From contig CM120640.1 in assembly GCA_051362555.1 (NCBI GenBank), positions 57,390,788 to 57,454,787 of the forward strand: a stretch of DNA of 64,000 nucleotides, read 5' to 3'. Every line of letters starts with the position of its first letter. Within the stretch, counting starts at the first letter, position 1. This stretch comes from Lingula anatina. Its lineage: Eukaryota; Animalia; Brachiopoda. A program made the translations under genes and the position numbers. Below the pieces are notes generated by a model, which worked only from the letters and a program-made list of their open reading frames with translations, was not told the origin of the DNA and did no database searches. Shown here piece by piece: positions 10,197 to 25,000 of the stretch.

Positions 10197-13100
10197 ATGG
10201 CGCAAACATTCGAGTTGTGCGTTTTGTTACTCCTGTATCTTTTAGGGTTTTCTCCAGTACGGTGGAATTTAGTAGCAGCTGAAACCAACCAAAGTTACTG
10301 CCCCAGTGCTTGCACGTGTAGTGGATACGCTTTTACCGTGAGAGCCGACTGTTCAGGACAGAATTTACATGGAATTCCGTCCGACTTGAGTTCATTCACT
10401 GTTCAGCTGTGAGTATTAGTGTTGTTAGCGTGGTACACTAGAAAAGGGTGCCTAGCCTGTACACAGATACTGGATGTTTCATTGCAGCCGGAAAACGGCC
10501 CTGTGAAGGAGACCTCCGACAATATTAACTCTTCACTGATTTTTAATGTACTAATTAATGTTAATACCAAATTTGATAATCCACTAAATACGACAGGGGA
10601 TTTCATTGTGAACGTATACGACAGGGGTTTTCATTGTGAACGTACATGTAATGTACGTTTACTCTATATCTACAGTATACAGGTAGACTGTTGTTTAAGA
10701 CCCCATTTCCATAGATTTTAGATCGATCTATCCCTGTGGGGAGTCTCACTAGATTACTGTCAGCTTAGCCGGCTTAAGTGTCTGTCCCGCCTACTGAAAG
10801 CTGTAAGGGGGTAATTAACTATGGTGCGCGCTCGGCTGACTGCAATTTAGTGTGAACCCCCAGGGAGTTAGGTCGATCCAAATCTTAATCTCTGGATCAA
10901 TCTAAATCTCTGGGGATACACCCTAAGACGTTACTGACAATATCATATCACCAGAAAAAAATGGAATCGAAAATGAAAAACACACTGAATGTGTAGTTAG
11001 ACAGATGTGCTAACATTTCATCTTACATAACTCCGTTCTTCATCAGTCACAAAGTAGAGTTCGCAGATGAGTTGTTTTTAAATGTGGGTATTACTACAAC
11101 CAGTATCCACTGCAGCTAGAATGGATTAACCTCTTTTCTAGGCCTTAGAAAGGGGCAGTTAGCCCTTGGGTTCTGTTAGCCCTGCCTGGTTTCTCTAAAA
11201 GAATGGCTTTAGATACATGTAACTACGTGATGAGTCTTTTTGAAATGCAGCTCCGTTTCTTAGTAAACTAAATGCAAATTATGTTTTTGTGAAACAGTAC
11301 CCTGGAGCCAGTTGGCTGTTTGATGATATACATGTAAGAAGGTATATTACTAGTGATGAGGATTTTTATTGTAGAACCTTTTGTTCAGTCAGACAGTTTT
11401 GGGACCAATCTTGCCATTTTGTGTTGAATAACATGCTAATTGTAAATATGGATCCATTTCATAATCAGTGCAGCAATGCCTTGCATGCTGGATTATTTTA
11501 AGATCCTTGAACACTTTTATTTCAGATTGAGCACATTCTGTTAAAAGCTGTTGCAAAAGGCGAAGGCAGTTGAGATGAAATATGAATGAGGCAGAGATAG
11601 GGAAGGATTTATAGCATTCTTGTACATATAGATATGCAGCAGGGTGTATGGTTTACAGGTTTACTCTGCTCTGGAAAGATGGCCATGTAGGCACAGCAAC
11701 AAATTAGGCAATCTTGATGAATTCACACCTGGTCATTAGCACTTGAGTTAAAGCATTGAATAATTGTAATCTTCTGGGTTTCATCAGCGAGGTATTTGGA
11801 AGCATATGGTACTTTTTTCCAAAGGCAATAAGTTTGCTGATAAGTTTAGCTACCAGATTGCAAATTCATTGTGCAGATTCTCAGTTGATCTTGTTGTTTT
11901 TTATCAATTTACAGTCTTTCTTAAAGATTAGGTAGAATGGTAGTGAATAGAGTGGAGTGCAAACCAGTATGAATATATTAACACCTGTGTATACCGGTAG
12001 AGTTTGTTTTTGAAAATGTAGAGTTACAAGAAAATTTGCAAAGAAATGGCAATTTCTGCTTTCCTTAGTGACAATAAGGGGAGTATTAAGCAAAGAGGAA
12101 ATGTGAATTTTTCCTGCCCTAAGAGCGTGCACCTTGCTTGGCCACCTAGTGTAAGCATGCCACTTTTATACCTGTTACATGACCCGGACTGGGATTTTTT
12201 ACCATAGGAAGCGAGGAAGTTTTCATCAATTTAATGCATCATTTCCCCAATAGACAAAAGTTGTCAGTTTGAGTCTGACTGTGTTGGCATTAGTGAATGG
12301 AAAGTGACAGGACCCTTGACTTAAATTAACTGCGATTTGTTGACTGTTGAAAGCTGGCAGTGGAATTTCAATGGCAATATTCCACGCTACCACCTGAGTG
12401 CAATTACCAGATATAATTTCATGGGTAGTTTGACTAATTGCATCAAATTCTCTACAAATGATCATCGGAGAGGAAAGAATAAATTAATGGTAGGCTTGCA
12501 GTTGGTTTGTGTGTCTAACAATAAGTTACACAGAAGAAATTTGAGATGTTGAAAGCTTAGCTGGATAGTACAGATGATTGTACAACACTGAAAAAAAAGA
12601 GAGGCATCTCCAAACTGAAATTTTTAAATAACCTGGCTAATCATGACTTGTTGAAAAATAAAGATAAAATCACAGCAGAAATACAAAATGAAATCTGAAG
12701 ATGCCTCAGTTGATTCAGGGGCATGCCATAATGGCCAATAATCAATTGTAGTAGATGGAGTTCCTGAAATGTTTTCATGCTGCTTAAGAAGTAACCTAGG
12801 GCAACATCAGTAGAAAAATGTAATCCTTTTTACTATCATTGACATTGTGTTGACCTTTCAAATCACCTCCCCTTCTGGCACAAGCAGTACCCACAAATGT
12901 TGGACATCTTACTTTATTGCTTTAAGATTTATGTCCAAGGCTTATTTGATCTTTACATGTTTTTTCCCTGCTATCATTGATGGTCTCTCTAAATAAGTCA
13001 AGCTAAATGGATTTATGAATACCGCAGTCTATGGCAAGCCAAAACAATTTTTAAGTCATGGTTCTTATTTAAATACACTCTTTTCATTCAATTTGATGTA

Positions 13101-16100
13101 TAAAGCAGTGTTTTATTGCTTTTGATTGGTCTTATAAAGTTATTCCACAATTAACAATTCTTTCTAATATATTATTATACATTTTTCATGAAATGGACAT
13201 TTGTAATTCTTAATAAAAAGAATGACACTTAATTCCTGTGTGCCCTATGCACTATGTCTCTCCTTAAATAAGTTCCAACTAAGCTAATTAAGATAAAGTT
13301 GAGGCTTATCATTATCAAGTAGCTGGCATCAAAGCTGAAGCAATGAGGGGGAAAATAACATGTTTACAAAAGTCATAAACAGTAGCTCATGTTTTCAATT
13401 AATCCATCCAGCTAGGCTGCTTGATTACAATCTAATTGAGTTAATGGAGATTTCAAGATATAAGGATTGAAAAGGTCATAGAAATTGGTTGGTAGTTTGG
13501 CCTGTGAAATAAAAATTATCTTTTAAAGTTTAGTGGGCATCATTCCACTTAAGAAAAATGTTCTAATTGCTTCTGCTTTTTATTTGCTTGGTGTGTATAA
13601 AAAGATTTGTAGTATTTTTAGGATTGGCGCCTTCTGAAAACCTAAAATCTCCAATTTCTTTTGAGAAGTGGCATGCCAAGGAGGGGGAAAAGTGTGTGCC
13701 ACACAAGTGGTATAAGGAAGCACCGATAAGAGTTAAATTAGAGAGCCACAGTGGCACAACCAAGCATACGCTTTCAAGTGATTAGGTTACCGTTAAAGCA
13801 CTTACCTGAGCTGGAGTGTGTTAAAATAATATTGATGCTTATTTCACATATTTGTCGACCATTTGTAGACCAAATATTTTGGTCCATTTGCTTAACATGA
13901 CGCTAAAAGCTGTGGCATTGAAAGGACTTGACTATTCTGAGGAAGCTTGATTGAGCATGTACTATGCATGTTTGCATGAACTGGACCTGTGTGTATATTC
14001 TTGAGTATTCAAACATATCACCGATATCCCTGTTTTCACTGTTGGCCATGTCATAGCCCATTGTCTCTTATGTTAAATGCGGAGTAAGTAAACAGAGGTG
14101 GCAAACACAGGGAAGCTAATGTCAACACAATCACTCTTGTGTTCTACAGAAAATCTGGCCGTCCTTTTTCCTTCGCTTGCTCTATCAATTATGGGTCAGT
14201 GAGATAGGGAAAACTATTATTTTCAATACAGGAGCTTGTGAGCAAAATTAAATCCTGTTTAAGGTACCAAGCTTTGAGGTTGAAGGAAATATGCTGGTTC
14301 TTTATAAATATGTGTTTCTCATAAAACTATTAAGTTACTCTGCAAATATTATAGAAGGGTAAAGTCAGAAAAGAAAACTTCAATTTGCGTTATGTCATTG
14401 CTTGCTAAACAATTCATGAGTAGAGGGGTGGTGGTTGCAGGAAAGCACTCCTGTTTCTTCTGGCATCATTAAGGGACCGCCCTGCTGTTAACTGTTTTCT
14501 TACAGACCACATTCTGTCACTCATGGCAAAACTTGATGCTGACACTGTAAAAAGAACGTGCATTGTATTTGGGGATATCATGTTGCTGTGAATACTGTTA
14601 GCTCTTCACATAACAACATTGACAACTTTTGAAACCATACTTCAAGAGAGCTTTTTACTTTTCAACCTGTTTAGTTTATTTGACTTTTTTTTTTACTTTT
14701 TTAAAATTCATTATTATGAATTGATTGTTACAGGCATTTTCTAAATTCAACTTTTGTTTAGTAACTTCATGCTCATACTATGATGATTTTTTTCATGTGA
14801 TTATGCTGAAATTCTAACTTAAAAATTATCAGGAAGCAACCGTGGTTCTTTATTCCAGATCCATTCTTTCAGTTTATTTCAAGTAGACTAATATGTTAGA
14901 GGATTACACAATTTATCTCTCGATCTCTTATCCCCAATGTTCTGACTTTTTGTGATTGATTGCTCTCCCTCACAATTTTGCATAAATATGTTACAGCTAT
15001 TTAAAAAGATATATATGAAAGAGAAAAAAATCCTATTTTCTTTTTTTTTTTTTTTTTCATTTTCATATTTGAGAAAAAATCTAGGTAATAAGTTCTGTTG
15101 TTCGGAATAGAAGCTTTAATAACAGTTAACATCTGCTGTCAGATGGGGATACACCCAGTACAAAAGAAATAAATCATGAACAATTTAAAAAAAAAAAAAA
15201 GATACTTAGACTGATTTCACAAAACTTTATAATATTTTATTTCTGGATAAAAGTCATATTTAAAAACAAAATATTATGTTGTTAATGCAATGCAGCATAT
15301 CCCTGCACTTCACCACACTGTAAGAAGCACCCATTCCCAGGGGCACCACCTGCTTGGATATCTGTTCCTCTGTTTATGGACTGTTGATAACAATCATCAT
15401 AATATTAACAACAACCAACAACCAACAAAAAACAAACAAAAAAAAAAAATGAAATATACCTTTATGAATGGCTATATTTAAAAGTATCAATGGAAAAGGT
15501 TCTATGTATTTGTAAAAATAGTCATCCAACTTTCAGGATGTTTTTACCACTGAGAATCCTAGTGTCCAACATGTTTGTATGTTGTTTATTAATATATAAG
15601 TTATATAACATTACATGATGATTAGTGTTTTATGTAGGATTGATTTATGACCAACAATCAAAATTCATGTAAAAATGAAATTCATTTATCAACCACCTTC
15701 AGGGACCCTATCCCCATGGATTTCTGTGCCACACCTTTGGTCTTGACTGTCACAGCTTTGGTCTTGACTGTTTATAGTGATCATCAAATGACATAAAAAA
15801 GTCTGCCTTCATGCATGGCTTTTTAAAAGTATTGATAAAAAATTATGTGGTCAGTAGAGTCATCAGCCCCCAGGGACAGCTCCACTCCCAGTGGTACTAA
15901 AATTCCTTTGGGTTTATGCACATCTCTGATGATAGATTAACATGTATCAATCCTTTGAGATTTCATAATCCTCACTCCATTACTCAAGTGAGGAGATAGA
16001 AGAAATAAAATTACAAATGCAGGACATATCAGTGGGTGGGATAACACCATCCCCAATATTTGTCACAAAAGTGCAGGAATAAAAATATTTAATTTGATAA

Positions 16101-19100
16101 TAGTGAAAATGTATGTGGACTTAAGCATTTTTCTGAAAGATCGTGCCCGCAATCAAAGTCTCTTCATCAAGACAAAAGTTGAGTTGGTTGAAAATGCATG
16201 TCAGGCACCTGATCAGCAGCTTGATACTACTAATGGTTTGGTTAATGGTGGCAATCATGACCATCTACAGTAAATTATGGGTGGGCCAACCATTTGTTCC
16301 TTATCTGATTTGGGCCTTCATATTTAGTGCCACAGTAGGGCTTAGCTGAAAGTTGAAATGGGTTTCAAATGGAAAAGTCAGCCACAGTGTAAAACAAAGG
16401 ACTGACTTGTTTCAGTAGATTTGTTTTGATTGAAATCTGGTTAACGTGGGAATTAAGATGGTATTAAAGAACAAATCACAGCTGTAATTAGTCTGAGAGA
16501 GAGAGCGCAAGAAATCTATACGAAGCAATTCTGGTCATTGCAAATACTTATATGGTCTGCTATTTTGTAAGTTGCATTAAATATAAATCAAAGCACTTTC
16601 AAAAACCTACTTAGAGCATCTTTTATAGCTCCTTTTGTCATGTTGGTGCACTTGAAGTCTTCCTGATCTTAGTAGTTGTAGAAAAATGCCAGGTGATTGA
16701 GAAAAGTGACTTATTTCCATTATGACAAAATGAGAAATTGTGCAGCTGAAAACTGTGCAGCTGCTGATTTTGTGCTGCTATTATGAAAAGTTGATCACTC
16801 CAATTGTGCATTCCACTGGATGAATGAGATTAATGAAGAAAGGCTGGTGAACTTATTGCATTAATAAGTATATAATGTAACAAGCAGATAATATGGATTT
16901 GTGGGTTGCTGTCAAAGAAGAAGGTAGAAAAAAATTATAAATATCTATTTTAATTTTTAAAAAATTAACATAGTTGAAATAGAAGAAAAATAACTCAAAT
17001 TCTTGCTAAAGCACGTCACGATGTGGAAGTCTTTTGCAAAGAAAAGGATATGTATTGGGTATATCCTGAAAATGCTTTAAGAATTTTTGTCAGTGTATAA
17101 TTGTTAATGTATAATTAAATCATTATATCTGACAATTTGGGCCCTGTTGCTGACAAAGAAAAAGATTGTGGATTTATGAAATTGTGAATTGGCTTGTAAA
17201 CAATTCCAGCATGCCTTCTTACCAAAGGTTGCTCATTCACTATTATCGGGATTTAATACATCATGCAGTGGACATAACCAGTAAAATAAATTTTAAAAAA
17301 TCATATCAGAATTGAATGTGTGCACATCTCTTTACTTAAGCGTTTATCTTTGACAATATAAGATAAACCATCAGCCTGTCAATTCTTATCCCCAGCCTTT
17401 CTCTATGAAGTGTCCTATCCCCCTATAATCAGAACTTGTTATCTCCACCTACTGGTAACCTTGAGGTAGTTCTGCCAGCCTTGGAATGTGCCATCATTTG
17501 CTGCCTGATGTATATATTTACAGGAGTCAGTAGCTCTCCCTACTAATCGGGGAAAATTAATGTGTATTATCATGTCCATGCAAATATGGCTTGTATTGAG
17601 ATATCACCTGAGGAGAGGCAACAGAAGCTTAAGGCTGTTACAGGGGAGGGACCATGGGACTGGCATTCAGCCATGTTCAAACAAAAATGCACAGTGCAGA
17701 ATTTGCACAAATTATGAAAGATTTGTGAAAAATTGTATGTCAAATTATCGTTTGCTGTGTTCAATGAGATTCTTAAATTGCTTGGTTTACATTTGGTAAG
17801 GTCTGCCTCAGCACTTGGCGAGAACACTGCTGGTATGGGCCTTGTTGCTGAGTTTTTTGTTCAGTGAATATGAAGACCTTTTCACTCTGAGACAGTTCAG
17901 ACCACTTGACTGATCACCCCAAGAAAGAGAGAGATGGATTTATGTCTGTTAGTGTATCTTTTAGAAATGATATACAGGATTTATGGAGTAGTTTTTCTCA
18001 AGGCTTCTGTTATTTAAAGATGGTAGAAATATCAGTATATCATATGGGTTAAAGAAATTCATTGAGATTACTTTCTAGGCCTCATTCTCACAGGGATTTT
18101 TAAATGTTGAGTGATGGATCTTGTTGCTTTTAGTCAAAATATATCCCTGTCTGTCAGGATTAAAAGTTTATTGTGGGATTAAAGATTAAAGAACATTATA
18201 AGTTCATTCGTAGGGGGGAAAGAATGCAAGGATTTTGTTAAACTGGTAGAAATTTACCATATCAAGTTGCTGGCATGCATGTTGAAATCTGCAGGTGAGG
18301 TGAAAGATTTTCGCAAAGCTATAAGATACCAAGATATTTTTGTTTGGCAACAAAAGAAATTAGCAGAGAGGTCATGAGTGCTAAAATGTATGGAGTGAGT
18401 TCATTTGATGTGTAAGGTGGGTGGAAGGGAAAGATGGGAGATATTTTTTCAAGTTTTGTCTTTGGTTAGATATTTTATGCCCAATAAAGATGTTCATATT
18501 TGTTTATTTCAATTTATAGTTTCTGACTGCAAATTTCCCAAATTTGAGTTGGGATTTTATTCAAAAACCATCTGGCCCTCATTATTCACCAGCCTCCCCC
18601 ATTTAAAAATCTTAAAAATGGACTGGTGGTGACAGGTTTGTAAAGAACAGATATTAATTTGACAGTAAGGAGTGGATCTTCCAGTGATACTTGATACCCA
18701 GTACAATAAGAAGTAACAGCTAATAATGCTGCTTTGGGGAGTGGGAGGGACATCGCACAAACTTGCATTCTTTACAGTATGCGGGTGCTAGTCAATTGCA
18801 AATGTGTGATTTGAGGACTGAAATAATGGAAGTCCTTGTAGCATAGTTTAAAGTATGCGTGATGTTTTGAGGCAGCTCTTGAAATTAGATGATTTTTGTA
18901 CAGGCAATTTGAAAAAAGAACTCCCCCCCCCTCCCTTTTAATTCCCTATCTAATTTTTCCTTTGTTTTCTATTTTACTCTTCTGGTTTCAATTTTTTTCC
19001 ATGCAGCATTTACGTCAGAATGTACAGCAATTTAAACAGATTTAAAGAAATATTACAGACCAATGTAACTCCCTTCCTTCAATATATGAAGTGATTTATC

Positions 19101-21978
19101 TAAATGTTTGAGTTTCTTAGCAAATGCTGAAATGTCAATGAATCTGTAGTGTCTTTTACATTTAATATAAAAAGCTTATCATGCAATTCATCTCCTTTAG
19201 CTGCAAGATTAACCTATAACTGTCTGACAGTGTGTACCGGGCTAGCAATATTTCAGTCCTTTTCATTGGTCTTTTTTAAACAATGTTATTTTAAGTAAGA
19301 TATTATGCACCCCAGCATCCAAGTATGTAGATAATGGATTTGATAAGCTGGGGAAATCATAAATCGGACTCAGTCAGGCGAATTTACCAACTGCAGTTCA
19401 TGATATATGAACATTCAACTCCATCCTTGATACAACATCTTGATTTGGTTAAGCCCATGTCAAGGAACAAATAAAAAGCTCTCTGTTTTTTTTTTTTTAT
19501 ATAATGATGCTTTGAGAAAATTGTTGAGTTATGTAGATTGACCATTTATAAAAATCTGATGTCTAAGGTAGTATCGTAATAATTGCTTAAGGTTTAGCTG
19601 ATACAATACAGGGCCGTAGCCTGAGCAAAATGCCAGGGGGGGCAGTAAGCGGACACGAGTGGGCGAAGCCCCCGGTGGGGGAGGGTGTGGGAGGTGGATG
19701 ATTGTCTAGTGGCCATGAGTGCATTTTCTCACAGAATTGATATCAACTTTGCAATTTTTTTTCCACCTTTGCGATTATTTTTTTTTGCACCTCAAATCCC
19801 AGGGGGGGCAGCTGCCCCCCCTGCCCCCCCGGAGGCTACAGCCCTGCATAAAGCTATTAATATTAATATTAAGCTTCTCTCATTACATTGGTCATCTTAA
19901 AGGCTTATAACATTTACTTTCATGATTGCAGAAAATATATTTTATGGCATGCATAGCTGAGGTTAACACTGTTTGTATGGCATTTCATTGCTAAAATAGT
20001 ATCAAGTAGGTTGTATATTTTCATGATGTTTAATTGATAAGCCAAGTTTTATGAATAATACAAAGCACATCTGAAAAAAAAAATGATAGACCAAGGGGTG
20101 GTGAAACTTATCTTATTACATTATGGTATTATATATTGTGAAATCATCAATAAATAATCCTAGTCTAGAAGATTTGAAGTGAGATGAAAAGTATTTAAGA
20201 ACAATTCCCAAAACTTTATTTTTAACCATTGGTGTCTGACCACTGGCAGTAGTCAGGAGTGGCACAAACAAAACCACTAAAATACCAAACTCTCTTCAGA
20301 TGTTTTTTTTTTTTTTTTTTTGTAATAATTTTCTAACACAATTTTCTTATCTGTATGGGTTTTGCCTGGTTCAAGTTTGAATGGTTACTACTGATAAAAA
20401 AAGTGCGCATATTTTAATTTTTCAGCAATGAAGTAATCTTTTAGTAATTCTGTATTTTGTTTTTGCTTCAGGGACCTGAGTGTTAATCAGATCACCAGAC
20501 TTCCTGACTTTGCTTTCTCTCAGTATAAATTCTTGGAGGAGCTGTAAGTATGAATACATTTTAAACAGCAAAGTAAAAATGGTCTTAGACCCCATTCCCA
20601 CAGATTTTAGATCGATCTATCCCTGTAGGGAGTCTCACTAGATTACTGTCAGCTTAGCCAGCTTAAGTGTCTGTTCTGCCTACTAAAAGTTGTAAGGGGC
20701 TAATTAACTGTTGTGCACGCTTGGCTGATTGCAATTTAGCGTGAACCCCGAGGGAGTTAGGTTGATCCACAAAGTTGGAAAAGCACACTGCGATCCTGAA
20801 TCAGCGGTTGAACAGTGATGACATGAAGTCTTTTTTCATGAGTTATATGCCAAAAAGTGGGAAGCGGATATAGCTAATTTACTTAGGCTCCGTTCATATG
20901 GAAAATCTATTTTCTAAAAATCTAAAAATCTATTTTTGGTATCTTGTGATCACAGTCTGTGCCCTGGATACCCCGCGGCAGAGTAGTATCTCTAAGCTGT
21001 GAAGTTCATCAGTTTAGTTGTGACAACTCAAGCATGCAGACCCGTAATATGGCTAGTGGTAGTGCAAAACAAGTTGGAGTAACTTTCTACTGCGCATGCG
21101 TCAAGGTATCAGAATCTCCTCCGAGTGCAGCCGAGAATTAATTACAGCTTTGGAAGTAACTCGCTCGCGCTGCCAGTAATTACGCCACGGGGTATCCAGG
21201 GCACAGACCGTGATCACAAGATACCGAAAATAGATTTTTAGAAAATAGATTTTCCATGTGAACGGAGCCTTAGTCTCATTTAATATTCATGTGACTGGGT
21301 CATAACGTTATCAATGGAAATCTCTAGTATTTACGCTGAATAAGGAAACGAAACTACTTGCCAGCTGTGGTCTCGCTGTCGTGTGTGTCTGAAAGAAACA
21401 AAACAGGCTTGGGTCATAACATCTGTGATTACACGCTCAGATGATAGGATTTCCTTACACGTTGTTTTATGAAAAGCAGAGTGTATTTCAGGTATTAAAA
21501 TCCCGAAATTGAACGATTTGTATAGTTCAGGTGTATGGGAGATAATTCTTTGTACTGAAGTTGAAAGCAGAAACGATGGTATAATGCACAACAAACCTGC
21601 TTTCTTCACCCATCAAGATTTGCGACAAAGAGCAATTATTGTTTTTCTGTAGTATGTGTGCCTTAAATGATCCCTGAGATGACCAAAAATGTGTCAATAC
21701 TATTCTGAGAGCTTTCCTTTCCATAATGTACAGCTGCAAGATAGACTGGGATGTCTTTGTCCCAGATTTAACTGCTGTTTTAGTGTCGGCTAAGAATTAA
21801 AAAGTTAAAAATACACAGCAATGTTTGGAAATAAAATTGTTTGTTATAATAAGACATCCATCTCCTTGCACATGAAAGCGCCCCCATTATAATCTAACAC
21901 ACAATAATATTTTAAAAGACTTTCAATGATGTTGTTACCCAGTTGTTACCCATTGTTGTTACCCATTATTTTGGATGT

Positions 21979-22012
<34 letters not shown>

Positions 22013-25000
22013 GAACAGCATGTTAAGCAATGAGTCATATGTATTTTAAAATGTTAAAAAAGAGAAAAGAGGTCTCTTTTTCAATTCTACGAACAAAAAT
22101 GATTTTGTAAAATGTGGAATGACAAAGAAAACCCTACAATAGTATATAGGAAACCCCATATAAGAAAAATACAGAAGATGAGATTCACTTTCTTTTAATC
22201 TGTCCTTTTTATTTTTTTTATTCAGATTTATGACAAGAACTTTTAGATCAATGTCACTATTTTAATCCATGTTTTAGCAATTATAGTTATACAGGAAGTT
22301 TTGTTTTTATTATGAATTGTGAATACCAATTTTTATTAGCTAAGACAGTTTTTGAAATGTTTAAAAGACGGAAATCTTTTTAACTGTGTCCCATAAGCCA
22401 AATATGGCTGGGTATTCTTTTAATTAGTAGTTTATTTTATGTTTTTTTTTTTGTATTTTATGGTTTAAGAATATGCGACACTTTAATAAATACAGTAAAT
22501 AAATATATATATATAAAGTTAAAAATTCAACAGCACATTTTTTGCATGTGGGAGATTTCAGTTACAGAAGTTTTAGATCTACTGATACTAAAATCTATTT
22601 GAAGAATTCAAGAATATCTTCTACAAGTTATCTTTTTTTATACTATTGCCAACTAAATTGAAAAAGTAGTGTAATTTAACTTTATTGCCAAATAATGAGA
22701 CAATTCAAAAGCTGAATTGAACATATTTTTTTATTTCCTTGCTGAAAAATAAAACATTCAAATGGTATGTTCTATTAAGAAACCAGGTTTGAAACGTGTG
22801 TCTTCTGTCATCTTTGCCAATCACTCTTTTTGTGAGGCAGGCACTGTCTGAGATTTGTTTGCAAATGCTTCATGCTGAACACTGAAGGCACCTGAACCAA
22901 CACCCAGCCTTACAATTATTGCATTATGTTTGCATTCCTATCAGTTGTAGTCTGACACCATATGAACCAACAGTTTGTTATTATTACAACTGGGATGCAA
23001 GAATTCTGTGGAGTACTGGGAAGAGAATATAGAACTGTAGAAACAATTAGTTGTTTAATTAAACTTGATGCAACATGTTTTGTTGTGCTGATTTGGTCTC
23101 TTAATTGCTTGATGTTAGGTCTCTTTTTTTGTACAAAAACTTGGTGTGTATGTGTTTTGTAGATTTTTTTTGGCCAAAATAAACCTTGAAGAGGCCCAGT
23201 AGGGCTGAAAAATCTTGAAACGAATTTCAGTGTTTTTATATATATATATATATATGCTCAGATAAGTTTGGATGTCAGTCTGACAATTGTGCTTTCAGAT
23301 CAGGTTCAGTTAGATTACTGTAAATAGGAATTAAGGGGATGGGTTATAGTGGAAATTGTTCTGATACAGATGATACAGTTGTTGGTGCTTTATTAACAGC
23401 TTGAAAATATCCATTTCTCAAGTTGACAACAACTTTAAATTGTTAGTGTTCAAGTGAACATTTTAGTATTGACCTATAGACTGATACTGGTAAACCCCAT
23501 GCAGAGTAGCCTCCTATTAAGGGACCATTCAGATCAAGAAGAGCCGAGTGCTAGTAAGGCTGCGACCTAAACATGGCGGACCTACATGAAAGGAAGACCA
23601 CATATCCTGTAATGGTCTCTCTGCCTCTCACATGCCTCCCCACGCGTTGTCCTTTGACCGGTTGAATTGAGCCGAGATTTAATTACTGTGCCCCTGTAGG
23701 GACGACACGTGGGGAGGCGTGTGAGAGGCAGAAAGACCATTACAGGATTAGCGGTTTTCCTTTCATGTAGGTCCGCCATATTTAGGTCGCGACCTTACTA
23801 GCACTCAGCTCTTCTCAATCTGAATGGTCCCTTAGTTTACATGGTTATCACCCTTACTAGTATTTTTCAAAAGTTAGTAGTATGCCAGTTTTATAGATTT
23901 TAAGGATCCTGAAAGTATGTTTTTTCCCCCAAGCCTTTTTTAATTGAAATTGGCAAAATTATATTTATATTCAAAACCAGTAGAAATGCATACTGTATAA
24001 TATATAATATACTTATATGGAAATGGGATGGTGAGTTCATTTGGTTTACCTTCAAAGTGCTAGCATTGTATGTTTTCAAACTTAGGTGAACCAAAGAATT
24101 ATCACCTTTATGTTGCTTTCTTTTGACTTAAGGGAATCAAAATGTTTGCATGCCATGGGTTTTAGCAAGGGCATATGCAGTTTGCTTGATATTATGATAA
24201 CATACTGGCCATTTGAACTGATGGGCTGCCATTTATTAAAGAATTGTTCAGCTTTAGAACTTGTGTTGTTATCACATTTTTGCAATTTTTTCCATTTGGC
24301 AAGAATGTGACATTTCTAACAAGATTAAAATCTTATGATGAGAGTCTTTTCAAGCAAATTTAAACCCTAGTCAAATGCCATGGTGCATTCTTTTTTTCTG
24401 TCTTTGCCAAAACAAAGCAAACAAATAGCTGGGAGTGGTATTTAAATGCAATTTGGACCAAATTAGGAAAGTTGGGTTCATGTGGAATGATCGATATTTA
24501 CTCTCAGCAGATCATTAGTTTGAGAAAACACAAATTTAGTCAAGATAACTATAACACTTTAATTTTATTTACATAATATCAATACTTGCATATGCATGAG
24601 ACATTACTATGTAAAGCATTGGCTCAAACATAAAATGTTTTATTAAATATGGTTTTGTTTGATCAAATGTAAAAACATAAATAGCCAAATTATCTGCTTA
24701 TGTAGGATGAATTATAAAGAAGTATACCCGTAGTAATGTTTTTTTTTTTTCTTAATTCTCATTTCAGTCGATTGGATGGCAACTGTTTGTCTTGGTTGCC
24801 AGCTCAGGCTTTTACTGGGATACTGCACCTGAAAACTCTGTAAGTTTCATGTAAGATAATTTTTAATATTTTGCAGAATTTGATAAATTGTTGTAGGATT
24901 AAAATTCATCATCATCTTAATTACTGTTTCCCCTTCTCCTGATCATGAATGAGGGAGGGGGATACATTTGATGGTAAAATTACTTAATATACAGGTGGGA

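Noticed and set aside
10409-20471. TCF/LEF motifs (ATCAAAG) in the 10-kb LGR intron 1 as Wnt feedback sites
   Set aside because: Only a few scattered 7-mers, not clearly above chance in AT-rich DNA.
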